A stretch of 41,288 nucleotides of DNA from a virus. Every line of letters starts with the position of its first letter. Within the stretch, counting starts at the first letter, position 1. Location of the stretch: the IMG/VR virus record IMGVR_UViG_3300023171_000003, positions 1 through 41,288 of that record, one strand, 5' to 3'. Both the position numbers and the translations under genes were made by a program. The notes beneath the pieces are model-generated. The model was given only the letters and a program-made list of their open reading frames with translations, was not told the DNA's origin and searched no databases. Below, one piece after another: positions 22,810 through 33,502 of the stretch.

Positions 22810-23373
22810 ATGGGACTCGAAACTGGACTGTACATCGCCGACTTGAATGCGGCAAATCCGCCTGGCACTGACCCAAAGAGCCAAGGTGATGACCATCTGC
22901 GGCTGATCAAGGAAGCGCTGCGAAACTGCTTCCCCGGCTTCACTGGTAGCGTGCTGCTGGGCGGTCAAGATGTTGGCGCAGTCAATGCCTACGTGCTAGC
23001 ACCGGCTGAGCCATTGCCTGCCTATACCGTGAACACGATGGTGGTATGGCGACCACTAGCGACCAATACGACGACTACGCCGACGATGAACGTATCCGCG
23101 TTGGGCCTGCGTAACATCAAGGCAGTGGATGGCAACAACCTGCAAATCGGCGATCTGGTCGCTGGTCAGTATGTCGTCATGGTCGATGATGGCACGCAGT
23201 TCCGCCTGGTCGCTATCACCAAGAACTATGTCGATCAGCTTGCGCTCGGTACGACGCTGCCGACACCGCCAGTTGGCGAAGGACCGTTTTTCTTCGTGGC
23301 GTCTAACGGCGTCTTCTCCTACACCACGGCTGTGGTGCCGGACTTTCTCATTCAAGCACAGGGGATTATCTGA
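22810..23373 (+). CDS. Tail fibre protein with a conserved N-terminal anchor motif (187 aa)
   Basis: GLYIADLNAANPPGTDPKSQGDDHLRLIKEALRNCFPGFTG is a recurrent phage tail-fibre N-terminal motif. Confidence 0.6.
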   Translation: MGLETGLYIADLNAANPPGTDPKSQGDDHLRLIKEALRNCFPGFTGSVLLGGQDVGAVNAYVLAPAEPLPAYTVNTMVVWRPLATNTTTTPTMNVSALGLRNIKAVDGNNLQIGDLVAGQYVVMVDDGTQFRLVAITKNYVDQLALGTTLPTPPVGEGPFFFVASNGVFSYTTAVVPDFLIQAQGII

Positions 23374-24041
23374 TGAGCACCCAAGCACAATACACAACCA
23401 ATGCCCGCGTGGGCAAGGTTAGCTTCAACACCGCCAATACCGGCCGCGATGGTACAGGCGCGCTTGCTGTGGCCTTCACGGCGACGCCAACCAAGCGCGC
23501 TGTTAGTCGCATCGATCGCGTTGTATTGGAGGCGTCAGGCGTCACCACGGCCGGCATGCTGCGGCTGTTCATTACCAAGGGAACACCTGGCGAGGTGATT
23601 TCGTCTATCACGTTCGCGACTACCACCGCGACAGTAACGACCTCTCAAGCGCATGGCCGCAAGACTGGCGACAAGGTGACGGTGCAGAACGTGCTGCCGG
23701 ACGAATACAACGTGGTTGACGTGGCGATTACCGTCGTTTCACCTACGACGTTCACCTACACGATGGGCAGTACGCCGCAGAACAATGCGCTCACGAGCGA
23801 CCTCGGCGGCTACTCGACCACACCGGCCACGCCTGATTCGCAACTGTGGCGCGAAGTTGATGTGACGGCGGTACCTACCCCATCTGCTACGCAGAAAGTC
23901 TTCGCCAACAGCATGGCTTCGACGCAAGGCCAGGACACCGCATACCTGCCTATGCTGCTACCTGCTGGATGGTCCCTGCGCGTGGCTACGCACAACGCAG
24001 AAGGCTTCAACGCCATCGTGAACGGTGGAGACACGGCATGA
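23373..24041 (+). CDS. Hypothetical tail/fibre-associated protein (222 aa)
   Basis: ATGA overlap; Thr/Ala/Val-rich. Confidence 0.55.
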   Translation: MSTQAQYTTNARVGKVSFNTANTGRDGTGALAVAFTATPTKRAVSRIDRVVLEASGVTTAGMLRLFITKGTPGEVISSITFATTTATVTTSQAHGRKTGDKVTVQNVLPDEYNVVDVAITVVSPTTFTYTMGSTPQNNALTSDLGGYSTTPATPDSQLWREVDVTAVPTPSATQKVFANSMASTQGQDTAYLPMLLPAGWSLRVATHNAEGFNAIVNGGDTA

Positions 24042-24922
24042 ACAACGGCATCTTTGTAGGCGAAACTCAGCCCGCATTGGTGCTGGGCCGCGTTGACATC
24101 ATCACGGCGATTACCGTATGGCGCAAAGATCCGAACGCCAAGTTCATCTACATCGAAGGCACGGCTGGCGGTGGTGGTGGCGGTGGTGGTAGTACTTCTG
24201 CTACGGGCGGCGGTGGAGGTGGTGGCAGCGCGAATTTTTCCGGTTTCGTACCAGCGGATATGCTTCCCGATACTGTTCTTGTCACACCTGGTAGTGGCGG
24301 TAGTGGTGGTGTAGGTAACACAAACGGCGTGAATGGTGGGATATCTACTTTTGGATCGCTTGTAACGGTCCCAGGTGGTAGCGGTGGTACATCAGGTGGA
24401 GTCGGCGGTGGCGGTGGTATTAATCCAACATTCAGCCCTATATTTAACGCAGTTATTGCGGTTGGCGGTCTATCCGGTGCTACTGGTGGTAGTGGCGCTG
24501 GCGTAGTTTCCGCCTCATCTACCACTGGACAAAATACTGGCGGCGGTAGCGGTGCTGGTACTGGCGCTGGTGGTGCTAGTGGATCAACTAGCTTTAGCGG
24601 TCTGCAATCCGCTCCTGGCAGCGCTGGCGGCCTTGCAAGCGGGACTTCTGGAGCAGATGGAACCGCGCCGTTTATCCCATTTGCTGGCGGCGCGAAGTTG
24701 GTCGCAATGCTGTCGTTCATCCGCAAAGCATTTGGTAATCCTGGCGGCGCAAGTGGTGGCGGTGGTGGCGGTACTGCTGGCGGCAATACTGCTGGCGGCG
24801 CTGGTGGTAATGGCACGGCTGGTTCTGGTGGTGGTGGTGGTAGCGGGCGCACAACTGGCGTTCCTGCGGCTGCTGGCGGCAATGGTGGCGACGGTTATTT
24901 CCGCGTTTATCAAATTATCTAA
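24038..24922 (+). CDS. Glycine-rich protein (294 aa), putative fibre component
   Basis: GGGGGGGG and GGGGGGG runs plus repeated GGxGG/SGG segments. ATGA overlap upstream. The antisense Pro-rich ORF is an artefact. Confidence 0.6.
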   Translation: MNNGIFVGETQPALVLGRVDIITAITVWRKDPNAKFIYIEGTAGGGGGGGGSTSATGGGGGGGSANFSGFVPADMLPDTVLVTPGSGGSGGVGNTNGVNGGISTFGSLVTVPGGSGGTSGGVGGGGGINPTFSPIFNAVIAVGGLSGATGGSGAGVVSASSTTGQNTGGGSGAGTGAGGASGSTSFSGLQSAPGSAGGLASGTSGADGTAPFIPFAGGAKLVAMLSFIRKAFGNPGGASGGGGGGTAGGNTAGGAGGNGTAGSGGGGGSGRTTGVPAAAGGNGGDGYFRVYQII

Positions 24923-24932
24923 GGGGATCGGC

Positions 24933-25142
24933 ATGCCTACAGCAGCAGTAATCGATGACACCGTAGAGCCAAAAATGGTCATCAACACCATTCTGGCTTC
25001 GTCGCTCGAGCCGAACTATGGCCTTCATCTGTGTTGGACACATAACGGCTATGGTATTGGCGATATCTGGTTGTCCACCGATCCTGATACTGGCATCGGC
25101 ATCTTCCAGCATCCAGAGCCACCACCGGAGCTTCAGGAATGA
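24933..25142 (+). CDS. Hypothetical protein (69 aa)
   Basis: AAGGGGATCGGC RBS at the internal ATG. Confidence 0.45.
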   Translation: MPTAAVIDDTVEPKMVINTILASSLEPNYGLHLCWTHNGYGIGDIWLSTDPDTGIGIFQHPEPPPELQE

Positions 25143-26704
25143 GTATTGTGCGCTTCCCCAATGCGGGCGCGGCTGGCGTCGTCAAAGACTTGTCGGTGCA
25201 TGATCTGCCGCCAAATGTCTGGACTGACGCGCTTAACGTGCGCTTCCGCAATGGGTTCGCACAGCAGTTCCTGGGCCATGGTGCAGCATATGGCACGCCT
25301 GCTGTCATTCCGCAGCATGTGCTGCCGCTCAATGTAGTCAATCAACGCTATTGGCTCTATGCCGGTGCGCAGAAGATTTACGCTGTCACGGTATCGGGCG
25401 GTAGTGCTGTACATACCAACCTGACGCGACAGACAACCGGCAACGATGTGAACTATACCGGCGTCGCTAACCAATGGACAAGCACGCTTCTGTCCGGTAT
25501 CCCGATCTTCAATGCCGGCAATGAGATTGACCCACCGCAGCGCTGGAACCTGAACATTGCCAATCGCATGGTGACGCTGGATAACTGGCCGGCGAACACG
25601 TATTGCAAGGCCATGCGCACGTTCAAGAACTTCCTAGTTGCACTCAATGTCACCAAAGGCGGGCAGAACTACCCCTATATGGTGAAATGGTCTGCGCCGG
25701 CAGATCCTGGCGCTGTGCCGATCACATGGGACCCAACAGATGCCACGCAGGACGCTGGCGAACAGGATCTAGCCGAGAGCAACGGCCGCATCATCGATGG
25801 TCTGCAATTGCGCGACTTCTTCATGGTCTACAAGGAAGATAGCGTATGGCGCATGTCTTACGTTGGTGGCACGTATGTCATGGCGTTTCAAAAGGTGCTG
25901 GGTATCTCTGGCGCACTGAACCGAAATTGCATCGTTGAGCTGGACGGCATCCATTTTGTGCTTACCGGGTCGGATGCCATTGTGCATGATGGGCAGACCG
26001 CCACGCCTATTTTGGATGAGGTTGCGCGCTTGGCTCTGTTCCAGGAGATTGATCAGCAAGCTATCGATAAGTGTTTCGTATTTAAGAACCCGTACCTGAA
26101 CGAGGTATTTGTCTGCTACCCAACTATCGGCAACACGGTATGCAACAAGGCGCTGGTCTGGAATTATCGCGATAAAACGGTGACGTATCGCACCTTGCCG
26201 AACCTGAATCATGCGAATTATGGCACCGTTGATGCCTCACTGTCTGATAGCTGGGATGCTGACGGCGACCCATGGAACTCCGACTTGACGCTGTGGAATG
26301 GGCCAGGCTTCACGCCTAATACCACCCGCGTCCTGATGGCGTCTAACGACAACGATTTGTTCCTGCTAGATGCAACGGCAACATTTGACGGCGTGGCTCC
26401 GGCCTCGTATGTCGAGCGGCGCGGCCTGGCATATGGCGAGGATGAGTCGCTGAAGCTGGTCAAGGGAATTCGCCCGCGTGTCATGGGCAATGTGGGCGAG
26501 ACGATCACCATTAAAGTTGGAGCAAGCGAGGATGCATATAGCGATCCGGTCTACGAAACGATGACCTATACCATAGGCGAGGATCTGAAAGTAGATTGTT
26601 TCGTTACGGGACGATATATTGCTGTACGATTTGAGTCAGGCTCAGCCTATCAATGGCGGCTTGATTCATTTGATATTGAAATTGAAACTGCGGGAATGTA
26701 CTGA
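25139..26704 (+). CDS. Large virion structural protein (521 aa; tail/nozzle-associated, family not assigned)
   Basis: ATGA overlap. Size and position among tail genes; beta-rich sequence. Confidence 0.6.
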   Translation: MSIVRFPNAGAAGVVKDLSVHDLPPNVWTDALNVRFRNGFAQQFLGHGAAYGTPAVIPQHVLPLNVVNQRYWLYAGAQKIYAVTVSGGSAVHTNLTRQTTGNDVNYTGVANQWTSTLLSGIPIFNAGNEIDPPQRWNLNIANRMVTLDNWPANTYCKAMRTFKNFLVALNVTKGGQNYPYMVKWSAPADPGAVPITWDPTDATQDAGEQDLAESNGRIIDGLQLRDFFMVYKEDSVWRMSYVGGTYVMAFQKVLGISGALNRNCIVELDGIHFVLTGSDAIVHDGQTATPILDEVARLALFQEIDQQAIDKCFVFKNPYLNEVFVCYPTIGNTVCNKALVWNYRDKTVTYRTLPNLNHANYGTVDASLSDSWDADGDPWNSDLTLWNGPGFTPNTTRVLMASNDNDLFLLDATATFDGVAPASYVERRGLAYGEDESLKLVKGIRPRVMGNVGETITIKVGASEDAYSDPVYETMTYTIGEDLKVDCFVTGRYIAVRFESGSAYQWRLDSFDIEIETAGMY

Positions 26705-26982
26705 TGCGCGATCCATCGATAAGCAGCGTGATTTATGAGCCGGGTGATCCGACGACGATTCAGAACATGGATGACCTGCGCCGCTATTTGCGCGATCAGG
26801 AAATCAAACAAGCTGCGGCTTTCAACGCGCTGGCTGCTGGGCATCTGGATATCACGACGGTCGCCCCTCCAAAGCCGCGCACTGGTGATATACGCATTTG
26901 CAGCGGTACAACCTGGGCACCAGTCGGACCTGGCGTAAGCAAGCCTGTTTGGTTCGATGGCTCGATATGGAAGGCATTCTGA
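26704..26982 (+). CDS. Hypothetical protein (92 aa)
   Basis: ATGA-type coupling on both sides. Confidence 0.5.
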   Translation: MRDPSISSVIYEPGDPTTIQNMDDLRRYLRDQEIKQAAAFNALAAGHLDITTVAPPKPRTGDIRICSGTTWAPVGPGVSKPVWFDGSIWKAF

Positions 26983-27308
26983 TGATTACCGATAAAAAAC
27001 AAATTGAAGCTGCATTGCAAGTCACTCACTTTTTCTGTGATGGCCTTTACACGAAGCGCATGGTAATCCGAGCAGGTGAAAACGTCGGGAAACATGTTCA
27101 TGATTTTGACCATCATAGCCAGTTGGCGAAAGGACATGTATTGCTCAATATAGACGGTATAGTGACCGAGCACCGTGCGCCGGCTTACCTGATGGTAGAA
27201 GCTGGCAAGCAGCACGTTATCACCGCGATTGAGGATTCTGTGTGGTTCTGTACGCATGTTACCGATGAAACTGATCCAGAGAAAATTGACGAAAGTTTGA
27301 CGCAATGA
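26982..27308 (+). CDS. Cupin-domain protein (108 aa)
   Basis: GENVGKHVHDFDHHSQLAKG (cupin motif 1-like G.....H.H...) and AGKQHVITA (motif 2-like). AT-richer than its neighbours. Confidence 0.5.
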   Translation: MITDKKQIEAALQVTHFFCDGLYTKRMVIRAGENVGKHVHDFDHHSQLAKGHVLLNIDGIVTEHRAPAYLMVEAGKQHVITAIEDSVWFCTHVTDETDPEKIDESLTQ

Positions 27309-27922
27309 AGAATTTTCTTCAAATCGCTGCCGGCCTTGATGTCATGCCGCTCCTATTGGAGTTGCAGCGCAATGCGTATCTTTGGGATAAGAATCCCATG
27401 CGCCTCTCGAAATTCGGACCTCATCATGAAACCAGCGATATCGTATTGCGCTCCCGCGATGAGCGACCGCACCTTGAATCAGGAAACTGGCTTAATTACA
27501 GCGACGAGCATACCCCTGTATGGTTTCAGAGCGTTGATATGCTCCCATCGGTAAAGCCGTTCTGCTTTGACCTGATGGCCCGGGTAAATGGTGAAATGCT
27601 TGGCGCGGTATTTATCTACCGTCTTGCTCCTGGCAAGCAAATTTATCCGCATGTTGATAATGGCTGGCACCCTGAGTTTTATGATAAATACAATATATGC
27701 CTGCAAAGTAATCCGCAAGCTGCGTTTTACTATGACGATGAGCGCATGGTGCAGAAAGCTGGCGATGTGCATTACTTCAAGAACGACACTATGCATGGCG
27801 TTATCAATGAAGGTGATACAGACCACATCGTCATGATTGTATGTATTCATAGTGATCGCGGCGACCGATGCCCATGGAGTCCAGAAGGCTGGACGCTTGA
27901 TAAACAATTGCAAGGGGAATAA
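27305..27922 (+). CDS. Cupin-fold Fe(II)/2-oxoglutarate dioxygenase-like protein (Asp/Asn beta-hydroxylase/LpxO-type pattern)
   Basis: IYPHVDNG (HxD) ... KAGDVHYFKNDTMHGVINEGDTDHIVMIV resembles the PF05118-type C-terminal pattern (W.eG....FDDs..H.v.N.....R..L.v). Confidence 0.5.
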   Translation: MKNFLQIAAGLDVMPLLLELQRNAYLWDKNPMRLSKFGPHHETSDIVLRSRDERPHLESGNWLNYSDEHTPVWFQSVDMLPSVKPFCFDLMARVNGEMLGAVFIYRLAPGKQIYPHVDNGWHPEFYDKYNICLQSNPQAAFYYDDERMVQKAGDVHYFKNDTMHGVINEGDTDHIVMIVCIHSDRGDRCPWSPEGWTLDKQLQGE

Positions 27923-27924
27923 TT

Positions 27925-29109
27925 ATGCCAGCAGCATGGATTGGAGCGGGAGCCGCAGTATATGGCGCGGCCAAGAGCGGTAAGGGTGGGTCATCCCAGC
28001 AAAGTACACAGCAGCAAATTGACCCAACGTTGCAAGCGCTCTTGTATGGTACGAGTGCCAATCCTAGTGGTCTTGCGCAGTCGGTGGCTGCACAAGCGCA
28101 GCAGGGGCAAAGCGGCGGCCTGAAGAACTTTGGACAGGGCATCGACAGCTACTTGGGTAACTGGGGAGCTGACACATTCAATCGCAGCCAGCAGAACGCC
28201 CAGCGGCTGCAAGAGAGCGTCAATGCTGCACCGCAAGCAGCCAACACGCAAGGAGTGAATGTTAGCCTGTTGGGGCTGCCAAGCCAAAGCGGCTCGGCGA
28301 ACATCGATCTGTCGCAGGGCTACAAGCGCTTCATTGATGGCGACCCAGGCAACAACCCTTACCTGAATCAGGCGCTTGCTGCTGGGTCGAACCAGTCGCG
28401 CCAAGCATTCAACCAGCTCCAGCAAGATTCCACGCGCAATCTGCAAGAGAATGTCCTGCCAGGTATCCGTAGCGGTGCAATCGCTGCTGGCGGCTTCGGT
28501 GGCTCGCGCCAAGGTATCGCTGAAGGTAAGGCACTGGGTGACTTCGGCCGCGCACAGCAGAACGCGCTGGGGCAATACAGTGCAGCGGATGCGGTGGCGA
28601 ACACTGGAGCGCGGGCCAATGCCTACGAATCCGGACAGAATCGCTCGTTGTCGGCGCTGCAAGGCTTGTCGGGACAAGACCTGCAAGCGCGCCTCGCCAA
28701 TCAAAACGCCTTCCAGAACGCTGAGACGACGAACGCCGGCCTGCGCCAAGGTGTCAACCTCGCCAACCTGCAATCGCAACTGAGCACCATCGGGCAGAAT
28801 GATGCACGCAATATCGCTGGCGTTGGCCTGAGTTCGGGTCTGCTGGGCCAAGCAGCGGCATATGGCACGAACGCGCAGAACGCCGACTGGAACAAGCTGT
28901 TGCAAGGGACTGGTGCGCTTGGTGGCCTGGCTGGCTACGGTGGAAGTTCCAATAGCAGTTCTCCGATGTACTCGAACACGTTTGGCAACCTAGTGGGCGG
29001 CGCGTCGGCTGGCTTGGGGCTGTACAACCAGTTCAAGAGCAGCAATAGCGGCGGTGGCAGCATCGGCACCAATCAGGACTACGCCAATAACGATTGGTTC
29101 ACGTCGTAA
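27925..29109 (+). CDS. Gln/Gly/Asn-rich internal virion/ejection-like protein (394 aa)
   Basis: AAGGGGAA RBS; low-complexity Q/N/G/A-rich sequence; first of three large genes before the lysis cassette. Confidence 0.55.
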   Translation: MPAAWIGAGAAVYGAAKSGKGGSSQQSTQQQIDPTLQALLYGTSANPSGLAQSVAAQAQQGQSGGLKNFGQGIDSYLGNWGADTFNRSQQNAQRLQESVNAAPQAANTQGVNVSLLGLPSQSGSANIDLSQGYKRFIDGDPGNNPYLNQALAAGSNQSRQAFNQLQQDSTRNLQENVLPGIRSGAIAAGGFGGSRQGIAEGKALGDFGRAQQNALGQYSAADAVANTGARANAYESGQNRSLSALQGLSGQDLQARLANQNAFQNAETTNAGLRQGVNLANLQSQLSTIGQNDARNIAGVGLSSGLLGQAAAYGTNAQNADWNKLLQGTGALGGLAGYGGSSNSSSPMYSNTFGNLVGGASAGLGLYNQFKSSNSGGGSIGTNQDYANNDWFTS

Positions 29110-29120
29110 AGGAGAGAACC

Positions 29121-30500
29121 ATGGGTATTTTTGATAGCCTGACCAACCTGAGCCCGGAGCAGAATCAGGGCCTTCTGGCTGCTGCCGCGCAAATCCTGCA
29201 ACAGTCGGGGCCATCGCGCACGCCTACGAGCTTCGGTCAGATCCTCGGCGGTGGCCTTGGCGCGTATCAGCAGTCCATTGATGCGCAGAAGAAGCGCAAG
29301 ATGGAAGAGGACCAAGCTGCACAGATTGCGCAGCTAACCGGATTGAAGATCGCCGATGCAAAGAGTGATCTAGCGAATCAGACAGCCGCACGTGACCGCG
29401 CAGAACAATTGCGTCAGTTCTATATGAAGCAAGGTTCTGGCGGAATCCAAAATGCAATTCAAACGCCGCCAGAAATGGGTAATAACCTTGCCCCAACGCA
29501 GTCAAATTCCGATCTGTTGAACTCGCTTCAGCCATCGCCAATGCAAAACTCAGGTGCGCAAAATGGCGGAATCTACCAACAACGGCTTGCGATGGCCCAG
29601 CAGTTGCGTAATGCAGGGTTCAGTGCTGAAGCTGATGCCCAAGAGGCTGCTGCGCTCAAGTTCCAGCCGAAGGTAAAAGAATGGCAGAAAGTACAGCGAG
29701 AAGGAAAAGTATTATACGCACCATATTTTGAAGATGGTACAAGCGGCTCGCCTGTGCCATTGGAGGTGGCTGAGAAACTGGAAAAAATCAATACTGGCGG
29801 CGCAACAGAACTGGCTAATCCATATACTGGTGCAACAGTTCGCAGTCTGAAAAACACCCAATCTCCTGATTCTGTAGCACAGGTAGCGGCAACGATTCGT
29901 GGACAGAATATTAGCCGGCAGAATGCCCTCGATACTCTGCTAGCTCCTACCTTCAATCAAGAGGCTGGCGGCTTCATATCGCGCCCTACCGCTGCGGCTC
30001 CAAATGGCACATTGACGCCCTTGGCAGGGCTCCCTACGCGTGGACCCAAGCTCACCGAAGATCAGGGCAAGGCGACTGGCTGGCTGGTTCAGGCAGAGAA
30101 TGCTTTCGCCAACATGAAGGCGGCAACGGCAGCAAACCCTAGCGCAGCGAAGCCTGGCATAAACGATATTATCGGTGCCATCCCCGGCGTGTCAGGTGGT
30201 GCAAATCTGATGCGCGGTGAAGAGCGGCAAAAGTTCCTGCAGGGGTCTTCATCGCTTGGTGAAGCGTTGCTTCGTGCAGCTACTGGTGCTGGCGTCAACA
30301 AGGACGAAGCATTGCAGAAGCAGCGCGAACTGACACCGCAGATTGGCGACAGCAATGCCGTTATCAAACAGAAGATGGACTCGATCCCGCTGTATATCGA
30401 ATCGCTCAAGGTTCGGGCTGGCGCTGGCGCTCCATTGGCGGCTGATGTTCTTTCCAATAAACCAGGCAAGGGCGCTTGGGGCATCGAGAAAGTGAATTGA
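29121..30500 (+). CDS. Internal virion/ejection-like protein (459 aa)
   Basis: AAAGGAGAGAACC RBS at the internal ATG; position. Confidence 0.55.
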   Translation: MGIFDSLTNLSPEQNQGLLAAAAQILQQSGPSRTPTSFGQILGGGLGAYQQSIDAQKKRKMEEDQAAQIAQLTGLKIADAKSDLANQTAARDRAEQLRQFYMKQGSGGIQNAIQTPPEMGNNLAPTQSNSDLLNSLQPSPMQNSGAQNGGIYQQRLAMAQQLRNAGFSAEADAQEAAALKFQPKVKEWQKVQREGKVLYAPYFEDGTSGSPVPLEVAEKLEKINTGGATELANPYTGATVRSLKNTQSPDSVAQVAATIRGQNISRQNALDTLLAPTFNQEAGGFISRPTAAAPNGTLTPLAGLPTRGPKLTEDQGKATGWLVQAENAFANMKAATAANPSAAKPGINDIIGAIPGVSGGANLMRGEERQKFLQGSSSLGEALLRAATGAGVNKDEALQKQRELTPQIGDSNAVIKQKMDSIPLYIESLKVRAGAGAPLAADVLSNKPGKGAWGIEKVN

Positions 30501-30501
30501 A

Positions 30502-32676
30502 ATGGCAACCTACCAAATAACCGCGCCTGATGGGCAGAAATACAAAGTCAACGCCCCTGATGATGCCAGTCAAGACGAAGTACTGGTATATGCGCAGCGT
30601 TCTTTCAAAATGGCTAAGACACCAACTCAAGCTGCCGATCCATATGCGGACGAAGCGGCGCAATATCAGGCAAAGGTAGCGGCTGACCGTGCGGGCGCAG
30701 CCAAGAATGAAGGTCAATCGGCAGGCCGTGACTTGGCTATGTTCTTGCCGAATGCTGCTGCTGGCGCTGTGCGTGGTGCTGGCTCGATTGGCTCAACGCT
30801 GATTGCTCCGTTTGATGTGGCATCTGATGCGCTTTCTGGTAAAGGCATGAGCCTGCAATCTAACCGTGATCGCCGCCAAAAGATTGACGCCGGCTTATCG
30901 CAACTTGGCGCTGATCCGACTTCGGCAGGCTATCGTCTCGGCAAGATCGGCGGTGAAATCGCAGGAACTGCCGGCGTTGGCAGTACCTTGGCAGCAGGCG
31001 CACGTGGTGTCGGGCTAGCGCCTGGCATTGTAGAGGCTCTGGCAACTAGCGGCATGCGCGCAGGCACACAAGCTCCTGGTATCGCTGGGACATTGGCTAA
31101 TCTTGGCACTCGCTCGCTTGGTGGCGCGATTACTGGCGGTGCTGCTGCTGGACTTGTCAACCCAGAAGATGCCGGCACTGGCGCAATGATCGGTGCGGCC
31201 TTACCTCCTACGTTGATGGCTGCTGGCAAGGTAGGTAGCAGCATTGGCCGCACTCTATCTGGAGTGACGCCTCCACAAAACACGCTGGATCAGATTGCCA
31301 AGGCTCGCGCTGCTGGATATGTGATCCCGCCTACACAAGCCAAGCCATCATTGGTAAATCGCGCTCTTGAGGGCTTCTCAGGGAAGATCACCACTGCGCA
31401 GAATGCAAGTGCGAAGAATCAAGTCATCAGCAACGAGCTAGCGCGTAATGCGATTGGCGCTGCCGATCTGACGCCGGCCGGCCTGCAACAAGTTCGTCAG
31501 CAAGCGAATGCTGCCTATGACGTTCTCGGCCAATCCGCTCCATTCCAGGCAGACCAAACGTTCTTGACGGCGCTGGATAAGGCTGGAGCGAACAGCACGG
31601 CGATGCGCAACAACTTCCCTGAGCTTATCAACAATGAAGTCGATAAACTCGTTGAGGGCCTGAAATCTCGCCCGCAGTTCGATGCTCAGCCTACCATCGA
31701 AGCGATTAAGCAGTTCCGTGCAGATGCCGGCGTGAACAAGGCAGCTATGGATCCTGCTAAGCGAGCGCTAGGTAAGGCACAGAACGGCATTGCTAGCGCT
31801 CTGGAAGACTTGATCGACCGTAACCTGACTCAAGTAGGCGACACGACCACGCTCGACGCATATCGCGCCGCACGGCAGACGCTGGCGAAGACGTACGACA
31901 TTGAGAAAGCGCTTAACCCTGCGACCGGGAATGTTGATGCCGCCAAACTTGCGCAAGCCTTGAAGAAAGGGCGGCCGCTATCCGGTGAACTGAAAACTAT
32001 CGCTGAGTTTGCCAATGCATTCCCCAAGGCGGCGCAGACAGTTGAGCGCATGGGTAGCTTGCCAGGCATTAGCCCTCTGGACTTTGGCGCTCTTGGCACT
32101 GCTAGCGCCATTACGGCAAATCCTGCATTGATGGCTGGTGTTGTTGCTCGCCCAGCAGCTAGGGCCGCTACATTGTCCAACTTTGTACAGAATCGTCTTC
32201 AGCCATCAGCTCCGAGTCAGCTTGAGCAGTTGTTGCAAAGTCCGGAGTATCAGCAATTGATGTACCGCAGCGCTCCCATTGCAGCTATTAATGCACCGAT
32301 TGCTCCAGTATTGCCTGCAAACGCAATACCCCGTACACCCATGCCTTATAACATTTCACCCAATATCTTCAATATTCCAGGCAAAAATAAGGACGATGGT
32401 CTTATCGAAAAAGGAAATATCAATCTTAACAATCGTCCAACAGTTAAAAACAAAGATGGATCGATTAGCACTGTACGTTCAATGTCCATAGGTACTGATC
32501 GTGGTGAGGTTCTAATTCCGACAGTCAGTGACGATGGTCGAATAATGTCTGATAGGGAAGCTATTGAGCAATATCGCAAAACTGGACGACATTTGGGTAT
32601 ATTCAAAACACCGGATCAGGCAGATGCTTATGCAGAATCACTCCACAATCAACAAGCAGCACAGTATGTAAAATAA
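30502..32676 (+). CDS. Large internal virion/ejection-like protein (724 aa)
   Basis: Gly/Ala-rich hydrophobic N-terminal third. C-terminal [26 protein letters not shown]...VLIPTV...GRHLGIF module, which I recall from phage minor structural proteins. Confidence 0.6.
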   Translation: MATYQITAPDGQKYKVNAPDDASQDEVLVYAQRSFKMAKTPTQAADPYADEAAQYQAKVAADRAGAAKNEGQSAGRDLAMFLPNAAAGAVRGAGSIGSTLIAPFDVASDALSGKGMSLQSNRDRRQKIDAGLSQLGADPTSAGYRLGKIGGEIAGTAGVGSTLAAGARGVGLAPGIVEALATSGMRAGTQAPGIAGTLANLGTRSLGGAITGGAAAGLVNPEDAGTGAMIGAALPPTLMAAGKVGSSIGRTLSGVTPPQNTLDQIAKARAAGYVIPPTQAKPSLVNRALEGFSGKITTAQNASAKNQVISNELARNAIGAADLTPAGLQQVRQQANAAYDVLGQSAPFQADQTFLTALDKAGANSTAMRNNFPELINNEVDKLVEGLKSRPQFDAQPTIEAIKQFRADAGVNKAAMDPAKRALGKAQNGIASALEDLIDRNLTQVGDTTTLDAYRAARQTLAKTYDIEKALNPATGNVDAAKLAQALKKGRPLSGELKTIAEFANAFPKAAQTVERMGSLPGISPLDFGALGTASAITANPALMAGVVARPAARAATLSNFVQNRLQPSAPSQLEQLLQSPEYQQLMYRSAPIAAINAPIAPVLPANAIPRTPMPYNISPNIFNIPGKNKDDGLIEKGNINLNNRPTVKNKDGSISTVRSMSIGTDRGEVLIPTVSDDGRIMSDREAIEQYRKTGRHLGIFKTPDQADAYAESLHNQQAAQYVK

Positions 32677-32717
32677 TTCGTGTAAACTTGCATCACTTTA
32701 ACTTAAAAGGAATCATC

Positions 32718-32804
32718 ATGTATATCAACCAAGCAACCGGCGGCGATGGCCCAACTAAACCACCTCCGAAGCCGAAGAAACCGGCCACTAAGCCGAAGAA
32801 ATGA
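32718..32804 (+). CDS. Possible Pro/Lys-rich mini-ORF (28 aa)
   Basis: Hand-translated MYINQATGGDGPTKPPPKPKKPATKPKK. AAAAGGAA RBS; ATGA overlap with the next gene. Confidence 0.25.
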   Translation: MYINQATGGDGPTKPPPKPKKPATKPKK

Positions 32805-33223
32805 ACACGCTGCGCGACCGATTGTCGCTATGGTGTCTCTCGCTGAGTACGGGCTATGCCTTTGCATCAGTTATCAGCGCACGCCCGGCTGGTGAATATT
32901 GGGACATGGCCTACTTCGGGAGCGCAGCAACTGTAGACTGGGCAATGTACTATTTTTGCTCTGCCTACTTGAGTGGTAAATTATGCCGTGACATGGAAGC
33001 CCTATGCATCGCCTCTATTGTCGCAAATGCGCTAGGTTTTGCGCTGTATATGGCCGAGTACCCGCCAACCATCTATAACTTGATGATTGCGGGGCTTAAT
33101 TATGTGTTTGCCATTAGATTACTCATGGGCAGAGGCGATGTGTTTAACTATTCTCACTGGCGTGATTTGGTTCGCGGCGCTGTTAGTCGACGTTCTTACT
33201 TCGCGAAGGAAAAAACGAAATGA
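32801..33223 (+). CDS. Multi-pass membrane protein (140 aa), putative holin
   Basis: Several hydrophobic helices and a basic C-terminus; first gene of the lysis cassette. Confidence 0.5.
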   Translation: MNTLRDRLSLWCLSLSTGYAFASVISARPAGEYWDMAYFGSAATVDWAMYYFCSAYLSGKLCRDMEALCIASIVANALGFALYMAEYPPTIYNLMIAGLNYVFAIRLLMGRGDVFNYSHWRDLVRGAVSRRSYFAKEKTK

Positions 33224-33501
33224 TGAACTGGCAAAGCGAATTTCAAAGCGCCGTTGAGCGCGTACTAGAAAGCCCGAAAACTACTGCTGCTGTTTCTGCA
33301 TATAGCACAGCGGCAGGGTTAGCAGCACTCCAGCAGTGGATTACCGGCTTAGGCTCGACATTGGCGGTATTCGCCGGCCTGATAGGCGTCCTCGTTCTAG
33401 CGCGTCTTAACTGGATCAAGAGTGAAAATGAAAAGATCCGTGGGCGATTGCTTCGAGAGAAAGCACACGATATGGGCGTTGACCTGCTAGAGGAAGAATG
33501 A
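33220..33501 (+). CDS. Membrane protein (93 aa), putative holin/antiholin
   Basis: TM segment GLGSTLAVFAGLIGVLVLARL with a charged C-terminal tail; ATGA overlap. Confidence 0.5.
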   Translation: MMNWQSEFQSAVERVLESPKTTAAVSAYSTAAGLAALQQWITGLGSTLAVFAGLIGVLVLARLNWIKSENEKIRGRLLREKAHDMGVDLLEEE

Positions 33502-33502
33502 A

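Noticed and set aside
24148-24882. 244-aa proline-rich minus-strand ORF
   Set aside because: It is the antisense reading of the GGN-rich glycine codons of the plus-strand gene 24038-24922. It has no RBS and runs opposite to the operon.
22810-24922. Diversity-generating retroelement near the fibre genes (expected by analogy with BPP-1-like phages)
   Set aside because: No reverse-transcriptase ORF (no YxDD-type motif) is present, and I found no template/variable repeat pair by eye anywhere in the window.
27991-28905. 304-aa minus-strand ORF
   Set aside because: It is antisense to the Q/N/G-rich internal virion gene and has a Leu/Arg/Cys-rich antisense-type composition.
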